NCBI GenBank assembly: GCA_964438335.1 | Contig: CAYTKG010000001.1 | Coordinates: forward strand, 1 to 28,946 | Direction of reading: 5' to 3' | DNA length: 28,946 nucleotides | Source of the DNA: an uncultured Candidatus Saccharibacteria bacterium | GTDB lineage: Bacteria; Patescibacteriota; Minisyncoccia; Minisyncoccales; CAYTKG01 | Shown: piece after piece, positions 16,556 through 25,367 of the stretch | How positions within the stretch are numbered: position 1 is the stretch's first letter | How the letters are laid out: the number at the start of each line of letters is the position of its first letter | The notes under the pieces: model-generated | Told to the model about the DNA's origin: nothing | Databases searched by the model: none | The model's input: the letters and a program-made list of their open reading frames with translations, nothing else | Translations under genes and position numbers: made by a program

Positions 16556-17818
16556 ATGAAGTTATTAAATGCAATCAAAATCGCCATTTTTTCTTTAAGA
16601 ACAAATAAAACCCGTTCCTTTTTGGCAATGCTTGGCATTATTATCGGGATTGCCTCGGTTATCATTATGGTTTCCATCGGTAATGGAGCGAGGAATTTAA
16701 TTGTTCGGCAAATTGTTTCTTTTGGTTCGAACAATATTTTTATCGAGCCCGGGCCCTGGTCAAAAAGAATGGAAAGGGGTCAGTTATTCCAGTCAGCTTT
16801 AGAGGAATCTGAAATTAAAACTTTAACTTTAAAGGATGCTGAGGCAATTGAGAAATTGCCTAGCGTTGAAATGGTTGCTCCTTTTGTTGTTGGTGTTGGC
16901 CGGGTTATTTATAAAGATACCAACAAGAAAATTACTTTTATGGGTTCAACCTCCTCAGCCGGAGAAATAATGGGAGTGGGAGTGACCCGAGGTCGGGATA
17001 TAACCGAGCAGGAGATAAAGGCGATGGCTAGGGTGGCTGTTTTAGGATATAAAACAGCAGCGGATTTATTTGGTGAAGAAGACCCGATTGGCAAGACTAT
17101 TAGAATAAAAAAAACCAATCTAAGGGTGATTGGTGTTTTAGAAGAGGGGGGAATGCAGATGTTTATGAATTTAGACGAGATAGTTTATGTTCCGGTGACC
17201 ACCGCCCAGAAAGTTTTATTAGGCATTGATTATATTAGATGGATTATTGTTAGGGCCAAGAATGAAGAGGCGATCAATGAAGCGATTAGAGATATCCGTC
17301 TTCTGTTAAGAGAAAGACACGGTATTTATAATCCGAAGGGAGATCTCTCAAGAGATGATTTTAAAGTAATTAGCCAGGAGGAGACCGCCGAAATGCTCGG
17401 GACGGTAACCGGTGTTTTTACCGCCTTTCTTTCGGTGGTAGCTGCTATTTCCTTGGTAGTGGGCGGCATTGGAATAATGAATGTGATGTTGGTTTCAGTA
17501 ACGGAAAGAACTAGGGAGGTGGGTTTGCGGAAGGCGGTCGGAGCCCAAAAAAGAGATATTTTGTGGCAGTTTTTATTGGAATCAATTACCCTGACAATCC
17601 TCGGAGGGGCAGGAGGAATTTTATTGGGAATAGCCGGTTCTTTTCTGGGCGGAATAGCGATTGGTTATTTTTTGAATTTAGAATGGGGCTTTGTTTTGCC
17701 GTTAATAGGGATTTTAACCGCTTTCGGCGTTTCCACCATTATTGGCTTGGTTTTTGGAATTTACCCGGCTCATAAAGCGAGCCAATTAAACCCAATCGAT
17801 GCTTTGCGCTATGAATAA
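16556..17818 (+). CDS. ABC transporter permease (MacB_PCD + FtsX)
   Basis: NKTRSFLAMLGIIIG, SLVVGGIGIMNVMLVSVTERTREVGLRKAVGA, FGIYPAHKASQLNPIDALRYE. Confidence 0.95.
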   Translation: MKLLNAIKIAIFSLRTNKTRSFLAMLGIIIGIASVIIMVSIGNGARNLIVRQIVSFGSNNIFIEPGPWSKRMERGQLFQSALEESEIKTLTLKDAEAIEKLPSVEMVAPFVVGVGRVIYKDTNKKITFMGSTSSAGEIMGVGVTRGRDITEQEIKAMARVAVLGYKTAADLFGEEDPIGKTIRIKKTNLRVIGVLEEGGMQMFMNLDEIVYVPVTTAQKVLLGIDYIRWIIVRAKNEEAINEAIRDIRLLLRERHGIYNPKGDLSRDDFKVISQEETAEMLGTVTGVFTAFLSVVAAISLVVGGIGIMNVMLVSVTERTREVGLRKAVGAQKRDILWQFLLESITLTILGGAGGILLGIAGSFLGGIAIGYFLNLEWGFVLPLIGILTAFGVSTIIGLVFGIYPAHKASQLNPIDALRYE

Positions 17819-19172
17819 AAAAAAGAAACTGATGGTTTTAACTCTCTTGATTATTTCGCCTTTATTCTTCTATTTAAGTTTAATTGTTCCCAAAATAGTT
17901 GAGGTTAAGCCCCGGGCTAACGAATTTCCAAATTCTTCTTTTCCGAAATTAAACTTTGATATTAAGGTTAATTCTTTTTTTCTTCCTTTTTTTGACGAAA
18001 TAAAAGAAAATTTACTTACTTCTCGAACTGATTTTCTTGAAGTCAATCTTGAGGAAATGAAGGTTCGGGCTTATCGGGCCGGGATTCTAAAAAAAGAAGT
18101 TCCTATTTTAACTAAAGGCGACCCTCGAGGATGGGGAGGAACAGCCGCTGGTTTGTATCAAGTGAAATCAAAATACAGAAATAGTTTTTCCGTTGTTTCC
18201 AAAGTTTATATGCCTTGGGCTATTCATTTTTATGGAAAATATTATCTTCATGGCCAGCCATATTATCCGGGCGGCAAACATCTTATTTCTTCGGTCTCCG
18301 GCGGCTGTCTTCGTTTAAACGACCAAGACGCTAAGAGTATTTATCAATTAGCCGTAACCGGAACGCCGATTTTGGTAATTGACAAATCAAAAGATGGTTA
18401 TAAATATTCCGAGAAAACAATAACCAGATTTCCGGAAGTTTCAGCAAAGAGTTATTTGGTGGCTGATTTAGATTCCGGTTTTGTCTTGGCGGAAAAGGAT
18501 TCCCAAATTTCTTTACCGATTGCTTCTCTAACCAAGCTAATGACCGCCGTGGTGGTGGCCGAAAATATTGACCTTAGTAAATTCATTTTAGTGAGAGAAG
18601 AAATGCTTGAGGCTTATGGTTCAACTGAGGGTTTGGTGGCGGGCGAAACTTTTAATGTGGTTGAATTATTTTATCCTCTTTTAATTGAATCCTCCAACGA
18701 TGCGGCTGAAGTTTTGGCAGGATTTTTGGGGAGAGAAAAGACTATCAGATTAATGAACGAAAAAGCTAAGTCAATTTTGATGGAGCAAGCCACTTTTGTT
18801 GGGCCCTCCGGTTATAATCCGGAAAACAAAGCCAGCGCCCGAGATCTTTTTTACCTGGGACGGTATATTTTGAACAACCGACCACCCATTTTAGAGATTA
18901 CTAAAAGCAAGAAAGTCCGAACTTTTGGCAAGATAAGTTTTGAACTTGATAATCTGTGGAATAAAAATATTTTTGTTCACGACCCGGATTTTATTGGCGG
19001 CAAAACCGGCTACATTAAAACTTCTAAATATACTGCCCTTTTTATTTTTCGTTTTTCTGACGAGGATGGGAACGAGCGTCGGTTGGCAATCATTCTTCTT
19101 GGTTCCGACAATCTTGAAGTTGATACTCAAAAAATTTATCAATGGCTTCAAAAAAATTATTTTCAAGATTAG
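17811..19172 (+). CDS. Fusion of L,D-transpeptidase (YkuD) and D-Ala-D-Ala carboxypeptidase (peptidase S11)
   Basis: N-terminal TM; YLHG...SGGCLRL (His 18249, Cys 18306); then SLTK (18525), SSN and KTG motifs. ATG17811 overlaps the permease stop. Confidence 0.88.
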   Translation: MNKKKKLMVLTLLIISPLFFYLSLIVPKIVEVKPRANEFPNSSFPKLNFDIKVNSFFLPFFDEIKENLLTSRTDFLEVNLEEMKVRAYRAGILKKEVPILTKGDPRGWGGTAAGLYQVKSKYRNSFSVVSKVYMPWAIHFYGKYYLHGQPYYPGGKHLISSVSGGCLRLNDQDAKSIYQLAVTGTPILVIDKSKDGYKYSEKTITRFPEVSAKSYLVADLDSGFVLAEKDSQISLPIASLTKLMTAVVVAENIDLSKFILVREEMLEAYGSTEGLVAGETFNVVELFYPLLIESSNDAAEVLAGFLGREKTIRLMNEKAKSILMEQATFVGPSGYNPENKASARDLFYLGRYILNNRPPILEITKSKKVRTFGKISFELDNLWNKNIFVHDPDFIGGKTGYIKTSKYTALFIFRFSDEDGNERRLAIILLGSDNLEVDTQKIYQWLQKNYFQD

Positions 19173-19180
19173 AAAACAAA

Positions 19181-19198
19181 AAGCCTGGTTTCGGGCTT
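19181..19198. terminator. Probable bidirectional terminator between convergent genes
   Basis: AAGCCTG-GTTT-CGGGCTT flanked by A-rich and T-rich tracts. Confidence 0.55.
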
Positions 19199-19205
19199 AT
19201 AATTT

Positions 19206-20135
19206 TTACTCTTTGATTTTCACCGCTTTACCCAATCTCTTTAAAGAAATTTTTGCCCGAATGAGGTTGGCCAGGGTATCGGTGATAATGTTAAGGGTTG
19301 TTTGGGTTTTTTGGAGATAAGCGTTGACGATAATTAAATCGCCAATAGGAGCCACTCCTTTGAAAATTTTATAAACTACCAAAAAGACAGCGGCAGTTCG
19401 GCTGGCGCTCGAAAGGGATTGAAGAGCGATCCATCGCCAATTATTCACATTGATAGCCGAGACAATTGCTTGGTAGAGGTCTTTTCCTTCTTCGGTGATA
19501 GTATCGGCGAAGATACAACTGTCTTCTCTTTGCCTCCAAACTTCGGGTGTTTTTCGGTAGGTCGTGCCCCAGAAGATTTCTGCTTTTTTAAAATATCTCT
19601 TAAGGTTTTGATAATAAATTTTAAGAGAAAAATAATCGATTAAAAGATAAAGAAATCCGTAAGCTATTAAAAGAAACAAATAATCTTCGCTCGCCTGCCA
19701 AAAAATGAGGGGAATAATAACGAGGTTTATCGGCAACTGGAGGATTTTGTCTTTGTAAAAATTCACCAGGGCCTCGATATCCTCGCTAGCTTTTTTAACC
19801 GCCTGAACCGCTTCGCCTGTTTTTTTACCATTACGGATTTCCGTTTTTCTGGAAAAAAAGGTAGCTAAGGAAATTTTTAGTTCTGCTCCGATTTTTTCCA
19901 AACCAAACTTTGAACGCAATCTAACCCAGTCCTCTGCTATTTTGTTTAAGCCCATTAAAACAATCCAGCCAATGGCCGAATGCCATGCTTTTGGATCGGC
20001 GCTGACAATGTTAATTACCTTGGCAAAAGCGTACGGCCAGAAAAGAACCTGAATAAAAGCAATTATCCTTAAGAAAGAAAAGAATAATATCTGTTTTCTA
20101 TGCTCCTGAAAAAATTTTTGGAAAAATACTTTCAT
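19206..20135 (-). CDS. Stand-alone ABC exporter transmembrane domain (ABC_membrane-like), no fused NBD
   Basis: Exporter-like helix pattern (LFWPYAFAKVINI; KKASEDIEAL; GVAPIGDLIIVNAY; AKISLKRL) stops where the NBD linker would begin. Confidence 0.75.
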   Translation of the reverse strand: MKVFFQKFFQEHRKQILFFSFLRIIAFIQVLFWPYAFAKVINIVSADPKAWHSAIGWIVLMGLNKIAEDWVRLRSKFGLEKIGAELKISLATFFSRKTEIRNGKKTGEAVQAVKKASEDIEALVNFYKDKILQLPINLVIIPLIFWQASEDYLFLLIAYGFLYLLIDYFSLKIYYQNLKRYFKKAEIFWGTTYRKTPEVWRQREDSCIFADTITEEGKDLYQAIVSAINVNNWRWIALQSLSSASRTAAVFLVVYKIFKGVAPIGDLIIVNAYLQKTQTTLNIITDTLANLIRAKISLKRLGKAVKIKE

Positions 20136-20162
20136 TAAGAAAGAAAGATTGGCTTTTACTTA

Positions 20163-20191
20163 ATAATAAAACCCCCCTTTTTTGATGTCAA
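20163..20191 (-). promoter_or_regulatory. Sigma70 promoter of the ABC TMD gene
   Basis: TTGACA (20191-20186), 17 bp, TATTAT (20168-20163); divergent from the CDF promoter. Confidence 0.65.
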
Positions 20192-20235
20192 TCTAAAATG
20201 ACTTCTTTTAAGAACTGCCCGAAATTGCGCCCCCG

Positions 20236-20273
20236 CTTGACAAAAGATGGTTATGGGTATATACTCGAAACAA
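20236..20273 (+). promoter_or_regulatory. Sigma70 promoter with overlapping palindromic operator, copy 2 (upstream of CDF-NifX)
   Basis: TTGACA 20237-20242, 17 bp, TATACT 20260-20265; GTTATGGGTATATACTCGAAAC at 20250-20271; 35/38 identical to 2742-2779. Confidence 0.85.
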
Positions 20274-20290
20274 GTTGAGAGCAGAAATTT

Positions 20291-21517
20291 ATGAATCCCC
20301 AAACAATTTCCTTAATTAGTATTTTTATCAATTTTGCTTTGGGCATAACCAAGGTGATTTTTGGTTTTTTTATCAACAGTACAGCCGTAATTGCCGATGG
20401 GCTTGAATCCGGTTTAGATGTCATTTCCTCTTTTATTACCTTTTTGGGTCTTCGGATTGCCAAAAAGCCGGTTGATAAAACCCATCCTTATGGCTATTTT
20501 AAAGCCGAGAGTTTGGCCGGGTTCGTTATTAGCTTGTTTCTTCTTATTTCCGGTATTTGGATTTTGTATGAGGCAACAAAGCGTTTTTTAAGCGGAGAGA
20601 CGGTGACATTTTCGATAAACGCTATTATAATGATGATAGTTTCGATTTTGGTGACTGAGTTAATGGCAAGATGGAAATTTCATTTCGGAAAGAAACATCA
20701 GAGCCTGGTCTTGGTAGCCGATGCGGAACATTCCCGGTCCGATGTTTTGGCTTCAACTGGCGTTCTGATAGGACTGGGTCTGAGTCGATATTTTAGTTTT
20801 GCCGATAATCTTATTGCCTGGCTGATTGGCGGCTATATTATTTTTGAGGCTTTTAAAATCGGCCGAGAGATTACCGATTCTTTATTGGATGTGGCTAACC
20901 AGGAAATTGAGGAAAGAATTGAGAAAATTTGTCGAGCTCATAAAATCGAAATTGCTGATTTAAAAACCAGGAAAATTGGGGCTTTTAATTTTGCCGAGAT
21001 TAAAATTAAATTGGCCCCAAAATTAAAAGTCGATGAGGTGGCTAAAATCACTGCTTTCCTGGAAGAAAAGCTTTTGAACAATATTCCGGAATTAAAACAA
21101 ATTGTGATATCCATCGAGCCCTATCAGATGACAAGAAGCGTGATTGTCCCTGCTTTTGGCGGGAAAATATGTTCTTCCAAGGGCTTTGAAAGAATCGGCC
21201 CGAAGAAATTGGGGAAAAGAATTATTGTTCCCTGGGGAGAAGGAGAAATAAGTTCTCGTTTTGGAGCCAGCCAGTATCTGATTATCGATGTAAAAAATAA
21301 TCAAATTTTAACTAAAGAAATTGTTAAAAATCCTTATTTTGAGGAAGGAACCTCTCGGGGGACAAGATTTGCCAAGGCGGTGAGGGCCGACAAAGTTCTC
21401 GTCCGACAGATTGGGCCCAATGCTAAGCAAAATCTGGAAAATTCCGCTATTGAGATAATAATCGTTCCTCCGGGAAAAGATTTAAAGCAACTCTTGGAAG
21501 AAATTAAATTCAATTAA
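20291..21517 (+). CDS. Cation diffusion facilitator transporter with C-terminal NifB/NifX-like (FeMo-cofactor-binding fold) domain
   Basis: KPVDKTHPYGYFKAESLAG, ADAEHSRSD, dimerisation domain (LKTRKIG), then ISSRFGASQYLIIDV...ADKVLVRQIGPNAKQNLENSAIEII. Confidence 0.88.
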   Translation: MNPQTISLISIFINFALGITKVIFGFFINSTAVIADGLESGLDVISSFITFLGLRIAKKPVDKTHPYGYFKAESLAGFVISLFLLISGIWILYEATKRFLSGETVTFSINAIIMMIVSILVTELMARWKFHFGKKHQSLVLVADAEHSRSDVLASTGVLIGLGLSRYFSFADNLIAWLIGGYIIFEAFKIGREITDSLLDVANQEIEERIEKICRAHKIEIADLKTRKIGAFNFAEIKIKLAPKLKVDEVAKITAFLEEKLLNNIPELKQIVISIEPYQMTRSVIVPAFGGKICSSKGFERIGPKKLGKRIIVPWGEGEISSRFGASQYLIIDVKNNQILTKEIVKNPYFEEGTSRGTRFAKAVRADKVLVRQIGPNAKQNLENSAIEIIIVPPGKDLKQLLEEIKFN

Positions 21518-21573
21518 AGAATTTTGTTATATTCAAGAATTTAAGAAGTTTCCAGGGAGAAACCCTTTTATTT

Positions 21574-22845
21574 ATGAACAATCAAAGTTTTTTTTCGGAT
21601 AGTCAAAAAAGGTTTAGAGAAATTGCCGAGATTTTAAAATTAAAACCGGCTGTTGTTCAGGAATTAGAAGAACCTCAAAGATTGATTAAATTTCAGATTC
21701 CGGTTTTGATGGACAATGGTGGAATAAGGACTTTTATTGGCTTTCGGTCTCAGCACAATAACGCTCTTGGCCCTTATAAGGGTGGTATTCGTTTTGGCCC
21801 CGGGGTTTCCGAAGACGAAGTTAAGGCCTTGTCGATGTTGATGACCTGGAAATGTTCTTTGGCCAACCTTCCTTTTGGCGGCGCCAAAGGAGGGGTAATT
21901 GTTGATCCCCGAAAACTAAGTAGAAAAGAACTAGAGGGGTTTTCCCGGGGATATGTTCGGGAGATTTTTTCTTGGTTGGGACCGGAGCTTGATATTCCGG
22001 CGCCCGATGTCAACACCAATCCTCAGATTATCAGTTGGATGGTTGATGAATATTCCCGGTTGAGCGGTAAATTCAGTCCAGGAGCTTTTACCGGCAAACC
22101 AGAAGAACTTTGGGGCCTAAAAGGAAGGAGAGAGGCGACCGGTTTTGGCGGCGTTGTTATTCTTGAAAACCTGGGCCAAGTGTTTAATTTTGGGCCCAAA
22201 GAAACAACTATTGCCATTCAGGGTTTTGGCAATGTCGGTGCTAATTTTGCTCTTTTTGCTTTTCAAAAAGGTTATAAAATTTTAGCTGTTTCTGAAAAGG
22301 AAGGCGGAATTTATGTTGAAAAGGGCTTGAATCCGGAAGAAACACTAAAGTGTCGAGAAAAAAAGGGGAAAATAGCCGGCTGCTACTGCTTTGGTTCGGT
22401 TTGCGATTTAAGTCATGGCAGGCAGATTAGCAATCAAGAGCTTTTAGAAATGAAAGTTGATGTTTTGGTGCCGGCCGCAATTGAGAATGTGATTACCAAA
22501 GAAAATGCTTCTAGGATTAAAGCAAAATATATCATTGCTATGGCTAACGGTCCGATTACTTCTGCCGCTCAAAAGATTTTGGAAGAAAAAGGAAAAATTA
22601 TTGTTCCCGATTTTTTAGCCAATGCCGGCGGGGTGATTGCTTCTTATTTTGAGTGGCTTCAGGCAAAAAGCGGTCTCTTTTGGGAAAAAGAGAAAACTTT
22701 TAAGGAGCTTTCAATGATTTTAGAAAAGTCTTTTAAAGAAGTTTGGGCTTTGGCCGAGAAAGAAAAGACAGGGTTGACAAAAGCGGCCTATCTTCTGGCC
22801 GTTTCCCGGGTGGCTAAAGCTATTAAATCAAAACGGGGAATATGA
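21574..22845 (+). CDS. gdhA: Glu/Leu/Phe/Val dehydrogenase (glutamate dehydrogenase-like)
   Basis: GPYKGGIRF, LMTWKC, GGAKGG, DIPAPDVNT, IQGFGNVG, ANGP, PDFLANAGGV. Confidence 0.93.
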   Translation: MNNQSFFSDSQKRFREIAEILKLKPAVVQELEEPQRLIKFQIPVLMDNGGIRTFIGFRSQHNNALGPYKGGIRFGPGVSEDEVKALSMLMTWKCSLANLPFGGAKGGVIVDPRKLSRKELEGFSRGYVREIFSWLGPELDIPAPDVNTNPQIISWMVDEYSRLSGKFSPGAFTGKPEELWGLKGRREATGFGGVVILENLGQVFNFGPKETTIAIQGFGNVGANFALFAFQKGYKILAVSEKEGGIYVEKGLNPEETLKCREKKGKIAGCYCFGSVCDLSHGRQISNQELLEMKVDVLVPAAIENVITKENASRIKAKYIIAMANGPITSAAQKILEEKGKIIVPDFLANAGGVIASYFEWLQAKSGLFWEKEKTFKELSMILEKSFKEVWALAEKEKTGLTKAAYLLAVSRVAKAIKSKRGI

Positions 22846-24011
22846 AAAAGGCACTTTTTATCATTTTTGCCTTACTTTTTGTTTTAAGTGGTTTTAATTT
22901 TGCCTTAGCTCAAGAAAAAATAGAGATTAATTTCTTTTATAGCAAAACTTGTTTTCATTGCGCCAAAGAAAAGGCATTTTTGGAAAATCTCAAAGAAAAG
23001 TATCCGGAAATTGAGCTTAAGGAATTAGGAATTTTTAAACGGGAAAATGTTGTTTCGTTAAAAGAATTTTACGAACGATACCAAGTTTCTTCTAAGGCCA
23101 GAGGTTATGTGCCTATTACTTTTATCGGCACGAAATATTTTTTGGGCTATGACAATGATGAAAATACCGGCAAGCAGATTGAAGATTATATTTTGTCGTT
23201 GATTGAAGAAAATGGAACCATTGTTTCTCCTTATGGTCATACCCGGCTTCGGCTTCCAATTATTGGCCAAGTTGATATTTCAAAACTTTCTCCTTTGGCT
23301 TTGGCAATTATTTTGGGCACTCTTGACGGTTTTAATGCCTGCGCGATGATCGCTTTGGGATTTCTTTTAACTTGTTTGGTGGCTACCGGAATGAGAAGAA
23401 AAATAATCTTGGCTGGCGGTGTTTTTATATTTATTTCCGGGTTGGTTTATTTTCTTTTCATTTCTGCTTGGCTCAATCTCTTTTTGGTTTTGGAACAAAT
23501 AAAACTAATTACTTCTTTGGTGGGGGTAATCATCATTATCTTCTCGATTTTTTTACTCAAAGATTATTTTCAAGGAATAGTTTGTCGGTTGTGTGAAGTT
23601 AGTCCAAATGAAAAGAGTCTTTTTGCCAGAATCGAAAAAACCCTTTTAAGGAAGATGGAAGGAATTTCTAAAGCTGAAATTCCTCTTGTTTTGTTTTTAA
23701 TCGGCGTGGCTCTTATTGCCGCCGGTGTTAATCTGGTGGAATTAATTTGTTCCTTTGGTTTTCCTTTGGCTTTTACTAAGATTTTGGCCGACTTGAAATT
23801 GTCCCCATTTGTTTATTATCTCCTTTTGCTTGTCTATGTCCTTTTTTATATGATTGATGATTTTTTAATTTTTCTCCTTGCCGTTTTCACTTTAAGAATC
23901 ACTCAGGTTTCCCAGAGATATTTGAAAGTGATTAAGCTTGTTTCTGGAGTTCTTCTTTTAGTCTTGGGCTTAATAATCCTTTTGCGGCCAGAATTTTTAA
24001 TGTTTGGTTAA
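22842..24011 (+). CDS. Thioredoxin/glutaredoxin-like domain (CFHC) fused to a multi-TM DsbD/cytochrome-c-biogenesis-like domain
   Basis: Signal peptide; FFYSKTCFHCAKEK; YVPITFIG cis-Pro motif; TM region with DGFNACAM and VELICSFGFP. Confidence 0.75.
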   Translation: MKKALFIIFALLFVLSGFNFALAQEKIEINFFYSKTCFHCAKEKAFLENLKEKYPEIELKELGIFKRENVVSLKEFYERYQVSSKARGYVPITFIGTKYFLGYDNDENTGKQIEDYILSLIEENGTIVSPYGHTRLRLPIIGQVDISKLSPLALAIILGTLDGFNACAMIALGFLLTCLVATGMRRKIILAGGVFIFISGLVYFLFISAWLNLFLVLEQIKLITSLVGVIIIIFSIFLLKDYFQGIVCRLCEVSPNEKSLFARIEKTLLRKMEGISKAEIPLVLFLIGVALIAAGVNLVELICSFGFPLAFTKILADLKLSPFVYYLLLLVYVLFYMIDDFLIFLLAVFTLRITQVSQRYLKVIKLVSGVLLLVLGLIILLRPEFLMFG

Positions 24012-24054
24012 AATTAAAAAGGTCGAAATAAAAAAAGAGCAATCTTTTAAAAGT

Positions 24055-24609
24055 ATGGAAAGAGAAAAAGCATTAAATTTACTCCAAGAAAACATTAAAA
24101 ATCAAAATCTGATTAAGCATTGTTTGGCAGTTGAGGCGGCGATGAAAGAACTGGCTGAACATTTCGGAGAAGAAAAAGAAAAATGGGGTCTTTGCGGACT
24201 TTTACACGATATTGATTATGAAGAAACTAAAGACAATCCCGAACTGCATTCAAAAGTCGGAGCCGAGATGTTAAGGGATTTTGGCTTGGAAGAGGAGATT
24301 TGCCAGGCGGTTTTGACTCACAATCAGGTTCACGGAATTGAACCCAAAACTTTAATGGCCAAAGCCCTTTATTGTGTTGACCCTTTAACCGGTCTGATAG
24401 TAGCGGCTGTTTTAGTTTTGCCTTCAAAGAAATTGAACGACCTAAGAGTAGAAAATGTTCTGAATCGATTTAAAGAAAAGGGTTTTGCCCGGGGAGCCAA
24501 TCGGGAAATCATTGCCAGAGCCGAAGAATTTCTCAATCTATCTCTTGAAGAATTTATCAGGATTACTTTGAAAGGAATGCAAAAAATTTCTGCCGATTTA
24601 GGCCTCTAA
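24055..24609 (+). CDS. HDIG-type HD-domain phosphohydrolase
   Basis: LIKHCLAVE, GLLHDIDYE, PELHS, VLTHN, CVDPLTGLI, FKEKGFARG. ATG24055 preferred over 24004. Confidence 0.88.
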   Translation: MEREKALNLLQENIKNQNLIKHCLAVEAAMKELAEHFGEEKEKWGLCGLLHDIDYEETKDNPELHSKVGAEMLRDFGLEEEICQAVLTHNQVHGIEPKTLMAKALYCVDPLTGLIVAAVLVLPSKKLNDLRVENVLNRFKEKGFARGANREIIARAEEFLNLSLEEFIRITLKGMQKISADLGL

Positions 24610-24662
24610 TTTTCCTTCAACGTTTAAAACAGTCTAAACCCGAAATTAGACCGCTTGATGAA

Positions 24663-25367
24663 ATGACCAAAGACGCAATTTTGAGTGTTAAAAATTTAAA
24701 TGTAATTTTAGAAGGAGAAGAAATTATTAGGGATTTGTCGTTTGAAATCAAAGAAAATGAAATTTTTACCATTTTGGGCCCCAATGGGGCCGGCAAGACC
24801 ATTCTCCTGAGAACTCTTTTGGGTCTCTTGCCTTACAAAGGAGAAATAAAATGGAAAAAGGAGCTGAAAATTGGTTATTTACCCCAGGGTTTAACTCAAT
24901 TAAAGGTGAAAGAGCTGCCCTTATCTGTTAGTGAATTTTTTGGCCTTAAAGATATTTCCCAAGAAAAAGCAAAATATTTCTTAGAGTTGGTAGGAATTGG
25001 GGAGAAGGCATTTTTAGAGAAAGAGGCCGGTAATTTATCTTCGGGGCAATTTCAAAGAATGCTGATTGCTTGGGTTTTGAGCGACAATCCCCGGGTTCTC
25101 CTTTTTGACGAACCGACAACCGGAGTTGATGTTGGTGGCGAGGAAACAATTTATTCGCTTTTATATCGTTTCTGGAAAGAAAAAAAATTAACGATCTTGC
25201 TGGTAACTCATGATTTAAATGTGATTTATAAATATTCGACCAGGGTTTTATGTTTAAACAAAAGAGAAATTTGTTCTGGCCCGCCCCGCGAGATTTTGAG
25301 TCCGGAAGTTTTGGAAGAAACATACGGTTCGGGAATTAAATTCTATCAGCATCATCATTCAATATGA
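24663..25367 (+). CDS. znuC: Metal (Zn/Mn) ABC transporter ATP-binding protein
   Basis: GPNGAGKT, IGYLPQ, LSSGQFQR, LLFDEPTTGVD, VTHD, C-terminal HHH. Confidence 0.88.
   Translation: MTKDAILSVKNLNVILEGEEIIRDLSFEIKENEIFTILGPNGAGKTILLRTLLGLLPYKGEIKWKKELKIGYLPQGLTQLKVKELPLSVSEFFGLKDISQEKAKYFLELVGIGEKAFLEKEAGNLSSGQFQRMLIAWVLSDNPRVLLFDEPTTGVDVGGEETIYSLLYRFWKEKKLTILLVTHDLNVIYKYSTRVLCLNKREICSGPPREILSPEVLEETYGSGIKFYQHHHSI

Noticed and set aside
1025-24054. Longest-ORF starts at 1025, 11219, 12564, 17799 and 24004
   Set aside because: The extensions overlap promoters, leaders or upstream genes; downstream ATGs fit the family N-termini better.
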